A stretch of DNA of 64,000 nt. Source: a virus. Made by a program: the position numbers and the translations under genes. Below the pieces are notes generated by a model. It ran no database searches. It was not told where the DNA came from and saw only the letters and a program-made list of their open reading frames with translations. Positions 1-8,151 of this stretch are shown one piece after another; position 1 is the first letter of the stretch, and each line of letters opens with the position of its first letter. The DNA lies in IMG/VR virus record IMGVR_UViG_3300017770_000005, positions 12,051 through 76,050 of that record; one strand, written 5' to 3'.

Positions 1-427
1 TGATCTGGATAGTGATATCCATGTCATTCAGTTATCATTCATCAATTCATTTTTCTGGACATCATATAAACAAGAATACTTGTGGTTTGAATTTTTAGAT
101 CACCCACAAACATTTGCTGATAATAACTTTGTTGCTATTGGTGGATGGTTTAATCTTGCCAATCATCCAAGAACAACTTCTCTTGGTATTAAATATGAAG
201 CAAACTCACATGGAGTTATGATAGAGAGAGGTGATCCACTCTATCGAGTTCGTTTCTATACTGATAATATGAACGACAAACCAATTCTTAAGAAGAAAAA
301 ATCAACGGATAGTATGTTTGATGCTCTCGAAAATCGAAGAGAAGTTTTATCTGAAGATTCAAAGTTCTTAAAAGAAGTTTTATTTGACAAAAACCTAAGA
401 GGAAAATGCCCTTATCATGACGTTTAA
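1..427 (+). CDS. Hypothetical phage protein, 5'-truncated by the window edge
   Basis: The frame of ORF 80..427 is open back to position 2 (GAT CTG GAT AGT...), so the real start lies upstream of the window. Confidence 0.7.
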   Translation, partial: DLDSDIHVIQLSFINSFFWTSYKQEYLWFEFLDHPQTFADNNFVAIGGWFNLANHPRTTSLGIKYEANSHGVMIERGDPLYRVRFYTDNMNDKPILKKKKSTDSMFDALENRREVLSEDSKFLKEVLFDKNLRGKCPYHDV

Positions 428-1091
428 TCACATTAATCTAGATCTACCAGAACTAACTAGAGAAACTATTGATGGAGTTCGATATTATACAGTACCGAAT
501 CATGATGGTCCATTAAAGTTTGTATCTGCCACATCAGTTACCAGTCACTTTAATCGTGAAATTTTTATAAAGTGGAGAAAAAGAGTTGGTGAAGCAGAAG
601 CTAATAAAGTAACCAAACAATCTACAAGTCGTGGTACTGACATGCACACTCTTGTAGAGAACTTTCTTCACAATAAAGAACTACCTTCTGGTTCTGTTCA
701 ACCACTGTCAGAGTTTCTATATTTGATTGCAAAAGATGATCTTAATAGGATCGATAATATTCATGCTCTTGAAAGGTCCCTATATAGTCAGCAGTTAGGT
801 ATCGCTGGAACCGTCGATTGTATTGCAGAATTTGACGGTGAGTTAGCAATAATTGACTTCAAGACATCTAAGAAACCCAAACCCAGAGCATGGATCGAAA
901 ACTATTTTGTTCAATGTGCGGCATATGCGTGTATGTTGTTTGAATTGACGGGTATTTCAGTCAAGAAATTCGTAATCATCATGTCATGTGAAAGTGGAGA
1001 ATGCGTAGTCTATGAGGAAAGAAACAAATCAAAATATATCAAACTTCTCACTCAATACATTAGAAAGTTTGTCGAAGATAAACTGTCTTGA
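417..1091 (+). CDS. PD-(D/E)XK (Cas4/RecB-like) exonuclease of cyanophages
   Basis: Motifs SxTSV, RGTDMH, E..L, AGTVDCIAE, IIDFKTS, QCAAYA; position upstream of gp33/gp59 as in T4-like cyanophages. Confidence 0.85.
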   Translation: MTFNHINLDLPELTRETIDGVRYYTVPNHDGPLKFVSATSVTSHFNREIFIKWRKRVGEAEANKVTKQSTSRGTDMHTLVENFLHNKELPSGSVQPLSEFLYLIAKDDLNRIDNIHALERSLYSQQLGIAGTVDCIAEFDGELAIIDFKTSKKPKPRAWIENYFVQCAAYACMLFELTGISVKKFVIIMSCESGECVVYEERNKSKYIKLLTQYIRKFVEDKLS

Positions 1092-1116
1092 CCTTTAAAG
1101 TATCTAATGTTATAAT
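1088..1116 (+). promoter_or_regulatory. Sigma70-type promoter
   Basis: TTGACC-17 nt-TATAAT with extended -10 TG, upstream of gp33. Confidence 0.75.
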
Positions 1117-1140
1117 GTTATTATGAATTAATTTTATTAT

Positions 1141-1434
1141 ATGTTATCAATCTTTTCCGATATTATGCCGAAGAAAGAAAACGAAGAGTTAAATAAAGAA
1201 CTAGAAAGTAAATTCTATTCTCAGGTGAAAGTGTCGCAGGATATTGAAGAAATCTATACCAAGAATTCTGATATGAGTTACATTGATAGTGTAATGCATT
1301 TCTGTGAACTCAATAAGATAGATGTTGAATCTATTCCTAAACTAATCTCAAAACCGTTAAAAGAAAAAATTAAATACGAAGCAATGGAACTTAACTTCCT
1401 AAAGAGAACTAGTAGAGCTAAACTCTCAATTTGA
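1141..1434 (+). CDS. gp33: Late promoter transcription co-activator gp33
   Basis: YIDSVMHFCE..IDVESIPKLISKPLKEKIKYEAMELNFLK matches cyanophage gp33; precedes gp59. Confidence 0.9.
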   Translation: MLSIFSDIMPKKENEELNKELESKFYSQVKVSQDIEEIYTKNSDMSYIDSVMHFCELNKIDVESIPKLISKPLKEKIKYEAMELNFLKRTSRAKLSI

Positions 1435-1511
1435 AAATCGATTTTTAGTTCCAAAAAAGGTCGTAAAAAAATCCCCAAAATTTTTTCGCACGAAGGGTTT
1501 TTCAAAATATT

Positions 1512-2108
1512 ATGTTGAAGATGACTCCATTTGATTGTTATAAAACTTATCTTGGTTTAAAGAATCATTTCACAAAAGATTCTTATGATTACCACAAGTA
1601 TTGTGGTAAAACCCGTGCCTCTCTTCAGTCTTTCTACAAGAGGAAAGATAGGTACTGGTTTGAAAAAATTTCTAGACAGAAAGATGATGATGAAGTTAGA
1701 GACTTTTTTGTTTCTAACTTCATTTCTTGTGATGATCCACAGACTCTATGGATTGGTGAGATCATTCGTTCTGGTCAGATGAATTATAATAAGTGGCAGA
1801 AGAGGAATCAATCTTTGTCATATGTTTTTCGAGAAGAAGTTCAAAGTCTCATTGAGAATAAAGACTTTGACTCATTGTTTTCTGTAGAAAAAGGTCATCC
1901 AATTATCTTAAAGAAGCATTTGTGTGGTGATATTTCTATCGAATCTTTGGTAATCTTGGAAAAGATCTTAGGATATAAGAAGCACTTTGATAAGTCTTTG
2001 AAAGATCCAGTATGGGAATTGACCAGTCTACGAATTAAAAAGTATATTCCTTTTCTAAATATCGATGTCTTTAAATACAAAAAAATCTTAAAGGAGATAG
2101 TTTTATGA
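1512..2108 (+). CDS. gp59: Helicase loader gp59
   Basis: YKTYLGLKNHFT..YDYHKYCGK..FYKRKDRYWFEK N-terminus; gp33-gp59-gp32 synteny. Confidence 0.9.
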   Translation: MLKMTPFDCYKTYLGLKNHFTKDSYDYHKYCGKTRASLQSFYKRKDRYWFEKISRQKDDDEVRDFFVSNFISCDDPQTLWIGEIIRSGQMNYNKWQKRNQSLSYVFREEVQSLIENKDFDSLFSVEKGHPIILKKHLCGDISIESLVILEKILGYKKHFDKSLKDPVWELTSLRIKKYIPFLNIDVFKYKKILKEIVL

Positions 2109-2443
2109 CTTTCTTTGAATCTGAACTTGTGAAGAATGAGATGGATGAGATCTCTAAACTACAAGAAAAAGTCTATTCAAATGTGTTTGTCTTTCCAAGT
2201 TTAGATAGAGATGGCAAACTTAAACATATTAGTGATCTTGAGATGCTTATGGAGAAACAAAAGATTCTTTACATGAGACTTGCATTATCAGATGATCCAG
2301 ATGCATTGAATATGAAATTAAAAATTCAAGATTCTGCAACAATGATGGGTCTTCCTGAAGATGTTGACATGAACGCACTCTTTGCTAATATGACTAAGTT
2401 GGTTGGTAATCTCAAAGAGCAATTGCTCAAGGAAATCGATTGA
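2105..2443 (+). CDS. Conserved cyanophage/cyanobacterial hypothetical protein (DUF1825-like)
   Basis: FFESELV...KQKILYMRLALSDDPDA motif; lies between gp59 and gp32. Confidence 0.7.
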   Translation: MTFFESELVKNEMDEISKLQEKVYSNVFVFPSLDRDGKLKHISDLEMLMEKQKILYMRLALSDDPDALNMKLKIQDSATMMGLPEDVDMNALFANMTKLVGNLKEQLLKEID

Positions 2444-2468
2444 CACTAAATAAAATGCCTGCTATAAT
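2440..2468 (+). promoter_or_regulatory. Consensus sigma70 promoter for gp32, with a late-type CTAAATA inside the spacer
   Basis: TTGACA(2440)-17 nt-TATAAT(2463), extended -10 TG; CTAAATA at 2446-2452. Confidence 0.8.
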
Positions 2469-2513
2469 GGCAGAGCACACAAGCCACAATACAAACAAAC
2501 CGAGGTAATCCGA

Positions 2514-3446
2514 ATGTCCTTTTCAAATCTTAAAAAGCAATCATCTCTTGGTTCTCTGACCTCTAAACTGGTCAAAGAAGTAGAAAAAATGAGCACCAAG
2601 AGTGGTGGAGATGATCGTCTCTGGAAACCAGAACTAGATAAGTCTGGTAACGGTTATGCCGTGATCCGATTCTTGCCTGCACCAGATGGAGAAGAACTCC
2701 CATGGGCAAAGATGTACTCCCATGCTTTCCAAGGTCCTGGTGGTTGGTTCATTGAGAACTCACTAACCACAAATGGTGGAAAAGATCCTGTATCAGAGTA
2801 TAATCGTGAACTCTGGAACAGTGGTAATGAAGCAGATAAGGAAACTGTCCGTAAGCAGAAACGCAAACTGTCCTATTATGCTAACATCTATGTTATCAAG
2901 GACTCTGCAAATCCTTCTAACGAAGGTCAAGTCTTCCTGTATAAGTTTGGTAAGAAGATCTTTGATAAGATCATGGAAGCAATGCAACCAGAATTTGAAG
3001 ACGAGCAACCCATCAATCCTTTTGATTTCTGGCAGGGTGCTAACTTCAAACTAAAGATCAAGAAAGTTGCAGGTTACTGGAACTATGATTCTTCTGAGTT
3101 TGATCGTCCTGCTAATCTACTAAATGATGATGATGCACTAGAAGCAGTTTGGAAGAAGGAGTACTCATTAGAGTCTCTAACTGCAGCAGATCAGTTCAAG
3201 ACTTATGATGAACTGAAGACTCGTCTTGACTATGTTCTAGGTAACAAAGGTACTCCTCGTTTCCAAGATCAGGAAACTGTAGAAGAGGAAGCAGACTTCC
3301 GTCGTCAAAACCGTAGTGAAGAAACTTCTTTCACTCCCAAGTTCAATTCTGCTCCAACTCCTGCACCTGAACCTTCTCTTGAAACTACCACAGGAGAAGA
3401 TGATGATGCACTATCATTCTTCCAAAAACTTGCTGAAGAAGATTGA
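2514..3446 (+). CDS. gp32: Single-stranded DNA-binding protein gp32
   Basis: DDRLWKP..DKSGNGYAVIRFLPAP, KRKLSYYANIYV, FKLKIKKVAGYWNYDSS, acidic C-terminal tail ending FFQKLAEED. Confidence 0.97.
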   Translation: MSFSNLKKQSSLGSLTSKLVKEVEKMSTKSGGDDRLWKPELDKSGNGYAVIRFLPAPDGEELPWAKMYSHAFQGPGGWFIENSLTTNGGKDPVSEYNRELWNSGNEADKETVRKQKRKLSYYANIYVIKDSANPSNEGQVFLYKFGKKIFDKIMEAMQPEFEDEQPINPFDFWQGANFKLKIKKVAGYWNYDSSEFDRPANLLNDDDALEAVWKKEYSLESLTAADQFKTYDELKTRLDYVLGNKGTPRFQDQETVEEEADFRRQNRSEETSFTPKFNSAPTPAPEPSLETTTGEDDDALSFFQKLAEED

Positions 3447-3458
3447 GGTTAACTTATG

Positions 3459-3481
3459 AGAGGGTTTGCTTAACCCTCTTA
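3459..3481. terminator. Hairpin between the convergent gp32 and gp53 genes, probably a terminator
   Basis: AGAGGGTT-TGCTT-AACCCTCT stem-loop. Confidence 0.6.
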
Positions 3482-3509
3482 GTTATTGCAGCATATTATA
3501 GTTTAATAT

Positions 3510-4163
3510 TTAAATAGATTCTGTATCTTTAAGGGTTCTGCTGATAAAACCAGTGGAACCCTTTCTATATGACATGATCTCATCCATATCTTCAAATACA
3601 ATATTTAAGTATAATGGTTTTAGTATCTTGATTACTCTTTTTTGTTCTTGAATTCTTTCTTCATATGTGTAATTTGTGACTGGAAAAGAACAATCTTCAA
3701 GAGATACATGTTGACCTAAATCACCATCATAGTATTCAACTTTATGGTTTACATTCACAACAACTTTTGCTGGAAAAACTACTGTACCATTAGAATTTTT
3801 TATTCTCTTAGATTCGTAATGATGAACTTCATATATTGCTTCATAACTTCCATATTTTTCTAGTAGGAAATCATTATATAAATTTGTAGGCATTGGCCAT
3901 TCGTTTTGGATATTTAAAATGTTATTAGTAATTAAAACTACCCAATCTAAATCAGAATCACCATAAACTTTTTCTGCAACATTGTCTGGTCTTTCATCAC
4001 CAACAATAAAATAATCTTCAAAGTAAGTTGTTTGACTTAAAATGTCCTCTCTAAGTTTTGCTCTTCTAAAAATATTTTTAGCATCAACTTTTAATCCAGG
4101 AGAACCTATCTCCAGAAGATTTTGATACTTTATGTTTGGTAGTCTTTTAAAGTAATTTGCCAT
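3510..4163 (-). CDS. gp53: Baseplate wedge subunit gp53
   Basis: YFKRLPN, ERPDNVAEKVYGDSDLDWVVLITNNI..EWP LysM-like motif, VHHYE. Confidence 0.9.
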   Translation of the reverse strand: MANYFKRLPNIKYQNLLEIGSPGLKVDAKNIFRRAKLREDILSQTTYFEDYFIVGDERPDNVAEKVYGDSDLDWVVLITNNILNIQNEWPMPTNLYNDFLLEKYGSYEAIYEVHHYESKRIKNSNGTVVFPAKVVVNVNHKVEYYDGDLGQHVSLEDCSFPVTNYTYEERIQEQKRVIKILKPLYLNIVFEDMDEIMSYRKGSTGFISRTLKDTESI

Positions 4164-4165
4164 GA

Positions 4166-5605
4166 TTAATATCCTATTTGGTCTGTAGGTATGCCTGTAT
4201 AATCATCATAATATAGTGGTTCCATTTCTGTAAATGATAATGACATGGTGTATGCAGTCATCGTTGCTGCAGAATCATTGAAAGTCATATAACTTCCATC
4301 AGGAATATAATTAACGTTTACAGATTTCAAAGCACAAACTTTAGGTCTACCAATTGATGGGTGATTACCATCACCTGATTGCCCACCTCGATGATAAGAA
4401 ATTTTATATACATTTGGTGCGAGTAAGAAAAGATTTGTTGACTCTTTCCTCACTGCCATCGATTGCTTAAACATTCTAATAATTCTTCTGACCATTACTG
4501 CCTCAGCAGAGTTTCTTGGTCGTAATTGATATGAGAAAGAAAAATTTCTCAACTCTGGTTTTTGGAATAGTAAAACCATATTCGGATTTAAAATACCACC
4601 ACTAGTTCTGGAAAGCATATTTGTTGTTTGAGATGCTGCTTGAGCAGCTTGCATCGCAATATATTTCTTTGCTTCTACACTCTTACCAGAAAGAGCAGTT
4701 TTTGCATTAGCTAAAGATTTACCAAGACCTCTACCACCATCAATAATAGCACCATAAGCTGCCTCATATGCAAATGCTTTTAAAGGATTTACTTCATTAT
4801 TTCCCCAACCAACAGCATTACCATCTTCAGCACCACCCGATATAGACAAATAGCACGTTCCTTCTAATTTACCAAGACCTGCAGAATCAAAACCTATTTG
4901 ACCTGCACTTTTAAATGTCTGGGGTTCATATCTATGTGTTGCAAATTTTATATAATCTTGTTCAAGTTTAACCATTTTTTCAGGAAACTGTAACGTACCA
5001 AAATCCCTAGATTGTGATTTGAATGTTATTGGATTCGCAGATTCGTAGGCAGTTTCTTGACTTGTATCTTCATTTGTTTCACCATCAGTATCATCATCGG
5101 AACCAGTGTCATCATCTTCTTCTGAAGTTTCAACCTCTGTGGCAGTTAAAGAGTTTGATTCTATTTCTGTAACAGTTAATGCACTACTAGATATCAGTTT
5201 TTGTTGATCCTCAATCGATAGATTAGCATTTCTTTTTTCTGTACCATTTCTCTGCAAATCATCATTCCCACCATTAGCCATCGCAGAATTTAATTTACTT
5301 TGACTAATATTTTGACCACCAGGAAGATTTTTTGTAGATTGTAGTAATGCTTCTTTGTCTGTAATAGTAATTTGTCCGTTAGATTTGACGGATCCACCTC
5401 TTCCAATTAATGTTTCTGTACCATTAATTGTTGTATAAATTTCATATCCACCATCTTGCTTTACTAGTTGGTCTGCTCCACCATCACTAGAAGTTGGAAA
5501 CCTATAGATTATTGGTATATTAAATTTTTTATTTTGTACTCTAGAACCCTTGCCCACATTAATATCTAGACTCAGAGTATGTTCTTTTTTCTCTTTGTAT
5601 GTCAT
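4166..5605 (-). CDS. gp48: Baseplate tail-tube cap gp48
   Basis: ILNPNMVLLFQKPELRNFSFSYQLRPRNSAEA, CALKSVNVNY.PDG, SLSFTEMEP; adjacent to gp53. Confidence 0.85.
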   Translation of the reverse strand: MTYKEKKEHTLSLDINVGKGSRVQNKKFNIPIIYRFPTSSDGGADQLVKQDGGYEIYTTINGTETLIGRGGSVKSNGQITITDKEALLQSTKNLPGGQNISQSKLNSAMANGGNDDLQRNGTEKRNANLSIEDQQKLISSSALTVTEIESNSLTATEVETSEEDDDTGSDDDTDGETNEDTSQETAYESANPITFKSQSRDFGTLQFPEKMVKLEQDYIKFATHRYEPQTFKSAGQIGFDSAGLGKLEGTCYLSISGGAEDGNAVGWGNNEVNPLKAFAYEAAYGAIIDGGRGLGKSLANAKTALSGKSVEAKKYIAMQAAQAASQTTNMLSRTSGGILNPNMVLLFQKPELRNFSFSYQLRPRNSAEAVMVRRIIRMFKQSMAVRKESTNLFLLAPNVYKISYHRGGQSGDGNHPSIGRPKVCALKSVNVNYIPDGSYMTFNDSAATMTAYTMSLSFTEMEPLYYDDYTGIPTDQIGY

Positions 5606-5622
5606 CTAGTGGATGCTGTTAT

Positions 5623-5970
5623 TCAGCTATTTAGTATTGTTTTTTGATATGGTATTGATTTCATATATTCAATCTCTTCATTATATACCCGATGAACTTT
5701 ACCAATAACTTCTTGCCAAGTATATCGTCTTGGCATACTTAAATGAAAGTTCAACCCAGTGAATCCCCAAGAATGAATAGAAGTGCAGGCAATTAATGGA
5801 TGTTGATCGTAAATAATGTTGGGAGTTTTTGCAAGATAAACAAATGTATAATAATTTCCTGGTTCTGGAATATATTCAGACTCGGTGAATACTTCAAGAA
5901 CTGCAGTCATATAATCATCTGGATCAGAAAAGGTATCGATTAGTGCTCCTAATTCTGCAGTGCGATTCAT
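5623..5970 (-). CDS. gp2-like DNA end protector (short form)
   Basis: PGNYYTFVYLAKTP..YDQHPLI..GFTGLNFH resembles the gp2 core; adjacent to gp4. Confidence 0.6.
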   Translation of the reverse strand: MNRTAELGALIDTFSDPDDYMTAVLEVFTESEYIPEPGNYYTFVYLAKTPNIIYDQHPLIACTSIHSWGFTGLNFHLSMPRRYTWQEVIGKVHRVYNEEIEYMKSIPYQKTILNS

Positions 5971-6416
5971 CTCTTAATGCCAAGTTCGTTTTCTGTTATG
6001 ATTTTAAATTCAAGTAAACGATCAGCACAAAATTCTGATGCTGCTCTCCATTTTGCTTGGTTTACTGCGTATGTTTTTACCTCATACAACCATGATTTAG
6101 TCTTACGTTTTGGTTTTGGGTTAGGTTGTTGTGTTTGTTTATGTGGTTTTACTTCAATTACATACTTTTTAATTTTACCATCTCTTTCACGAACCTTAAC
6201 GAAAAAATCTGGAAAGTATTTGTGAACTCGATTATCAACAGGAGAACGATAGGGTATCCAAAACTCTTCACTACCCCATTCTAAAATACTTTCATTAGTA
6301 TCACACCAATTGCAGAATCTCCTTTCCCACGAACTTCTACAAATTATATTATTTACATCACCCACATACTTTTGAGTGTTTGAAGGTTTAAATCTACTCT
6401 TGATGCTTTTCGACAT
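5967..6416 (-). CDS. gp4: Head completion nuclease gp4
   Basis: KYVGD..IICRSSWE, WGSEE..IPY.SP.D.RVHKYFPDF, IEVKP, VNQAKW. Confidence 0.93.
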   Translation of the reverse strand: MSKSIKSRFKPSNTQKYVGDVNNIICRSSWERRFCNWCDTNESILEWGSEEFWIPYRSPVDNRVHKYFPDFFVKVRERDGKIKKYVIEVKPHKQTQQPNPKPKRKTKSWLYEVKTYAVNQAKWRAASEFCADRLLEFKIITENELGIKR

Positions 6417-6445
6417 CTCTTATACATAGTATAACGAAGTATCTT

Positions 6446-6453
6446 TATTTATA
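6446..6453 (-). promoter_or_regulatory. T4-type late promoter for the gp4-gp2-gp48-gp53 operon
   Basis: Exact TATAAATA on the minus strand, 30 nt upstream of the gp4 start. Confidence 0.75.
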
Positions 6454-6458
6454 GTGTA

Positions 6459-7229
6459 ATGGCAGCCACTGGACCAAAGAAATTTAGTATGGCTGATGTC
6501 AAAGCCAGGATGGGTAACTATGCATCCACTAACTATTATCACGTATATTTTAAAATACCAAGTAAAGCAGAACAATTCGTAAAAGCACAGTATGGAGTCA
6601 ATACATCACAATATCAAAATTTAGTAGAAATTGCTTGTATTGATACTACGTTACCAGGTTCTAGTCTTGTAACTCATGAAATTACAAATGATTATACTGG
6701 AATTACTGAGAGACATGTATATCGTAGACAATTTGACGGTAAAATTGATTTTACGTTTGCCATTGATAGGGAATATACTCTCCTAAGAATGTTTGAAGGA
6801 TGGATGGGATATATTGGTGGTGAAAATGATCCACAAAACTTTTATAATAGGGATCAGATCAACGAAAGTTATAGAGTCCCTTTTACGAATGACTATATGT
6901 GCCAAAATTTATCCATTGTTAAGTATGAAAAGGATAGTTTCTCTCCATCAGGATCTAAAAAATCACTAAAATATACTTTTTTAAATGCGTTTCCGATTGC
7001 TATCACAAGTATTCCAATATCTCAAGGACCAACTGACTTCTTGACAATGACTGTAACTATGGATTATCAAAAGTACTTCACCGAACCTATTCAGGGTAAT
7101 TCCAGTTCTCCTGGTGAAGAAAAACCTAAAGCATCCGATGAAAATGTCGGAGCTGAGACTACTGCAGCAACACCTGGAGCAAACGGTCTCATAGGAGATG
7201 GGTATGATCCATACCAAGGATTTGCCTAA
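6459..7229 (+). CDS. Tail-tube-fold baseplate protein (gp54/gp19-like)
   Basis: C..TTLPGSSL, YRRQFD..IDFTF..D, FEGWM, YTFLNAFPIAITSIP, typical of tube-fold proteins; divergent from gp4. Confidence 0.7.
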   Translation: MAATGPKKFSMADVKARMGNYASTNYYHVYFKIPSKAEQFVKAQYGVNTSQYQNLVEIACIDTTLPGSSLVTHEITNDYTGITERHVYRRQFDGKIDFTFAIDREYTLLRMFEGWMGYIGGENDPQNFYNRDQINESYRVPFTNDYMCQNLSIVKYEKDSFSPSGSKKSLKYTFLNAFPIAITSIPISQGPTDFLTMTVTMDYQKYFTEPIQGNSSSPGEEKPKASDENVGAETTAATPGANGLIGDGYDPYQGFA

Positions 7230-7256
7230 TAAATAAAATTACTGAGTTGAAATACT

Positions 7257-7991
7257 ATGCCATTACCAACAATTGCTACACCAACGTTTGAACTAGAGTT
7301 ACCTTCAACAGGACAAACGATTGAATATAGACCATTCCTAGTTAAAGAAGAAAAGGTTCTCCTATACGCATTGGAGTCTGAAAGTCAGAAACAAATTAGT
7401 AATGCAGTGAAGACTGTTATTAAAAATTGTATCAAAACAAAAGGTATCAAGGTTGAAAAACTTCCAACCTTTGATATTGAATACCTATTCTTGAACATTC
7501 GTGGAAAATCTGTTGGAGAAGATATTGAGGTTAATTTAATTTGTCCCGATGACGGTGAGAGTACTGTCACTGTTCAAATTAATGTTGATGATATTGAAGT
7601 TCATAAGGAAAAAGGTCATGATCAACAGATCAGACTAGATGATACTATTATGCTTGAGATGGCATATCCATCACTAACACAGTTCGTTAAAGATAACTTT
7701 GATTCTGAAACTGAAGCAGATAGATCTTTTGATTTAATTGCAACATGTATTGACAAAGTTTATACTGAAGACGAAGTTTGGGAGGCTGCAAACTGCACTA
7801 AGAAAGAACTTATGGAGTTTGTTGAGCAAATGAATTCAACACAATTTAAAAAGATTGAAGATTTCTTTACCAGTATGCCCAAACTATCCCATACTGTAAA
7901 GATTGTAAATCCAAATACAAAAGTTGAAAGTGAAGTTGTACTTGAGGGTCTAGCATCTTTTTCGCATAGGCATGATCCATATGGATCTTGA
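7257..7991 (+). CDS. gp26: Baseplate hub assembly protein gp26
   Basis: MPLPTIATP.FELELPS, YRPFLVKEEKVLL, FDIEYLFLNIRGKSVGE, CPDD, FFTSMPKL, LEGLASF; the C-terminus is atypical (see findings). Confidence 0.9.
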   Translation: MPLPTIATPTFELELPSTGQTIEYRPFLVKEEKVLLYALESESQKQISNAVKTVIKNCIKTKGIKVEKLPTFDIEYLFLNIRGKSVGEDIEVNLICPDDGESTVTVQINVDDIEVHKEKGHDQQIRLDDTIMLEMAYPSLTQFVKDNFDSETEADRSFDLIATCIDKVYTEDEVWEAANCTKKELMEFVEQMNSTQFKKIEDFFTSMPKLSHTVKIVNPNTKVESEVVLEGLASFSHRHDPYGS

Positions 7992-8151
7992 GAATTATTT
8001 CCGTCTCAATTTTGCCTTGATGCAGTACCATAAATATTCATTAACTGAGATCGAGAATATGATTCCGATCGAACGTGACATCTACGTTATGCTACTTCAA
8101 CAACATCTTGATGAAGAGAAGTTAAAACAGCAGACAGCAAATGGCATCTAG
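7972..8151 (+). CDS. gp51: Baseplate hub assembly catalyst gp51-like (59 aa, absent from the ORF track)
   Basis: Manual translation MIHMDLENYFRLNFALMQYHKYSLTEIENMIPIERDIYVMLLQQHLDEEKLKQQTANGI*, matching the small cyanophage gp51 that follows gp26. Confidence 0.85.
   Translation: MIHMDLENYFRLNFALMQYHKYSLTEIENMIPIERDIYVMLLQQHLDEEKLKQQTANGI

Noticed and set aside
417-1091. Cas4-like nuclease as a sign of a CRISPR system
   Set aside because: No repeat-spacer array or other cas genes; this is the standard cyanophage exonuclease locus
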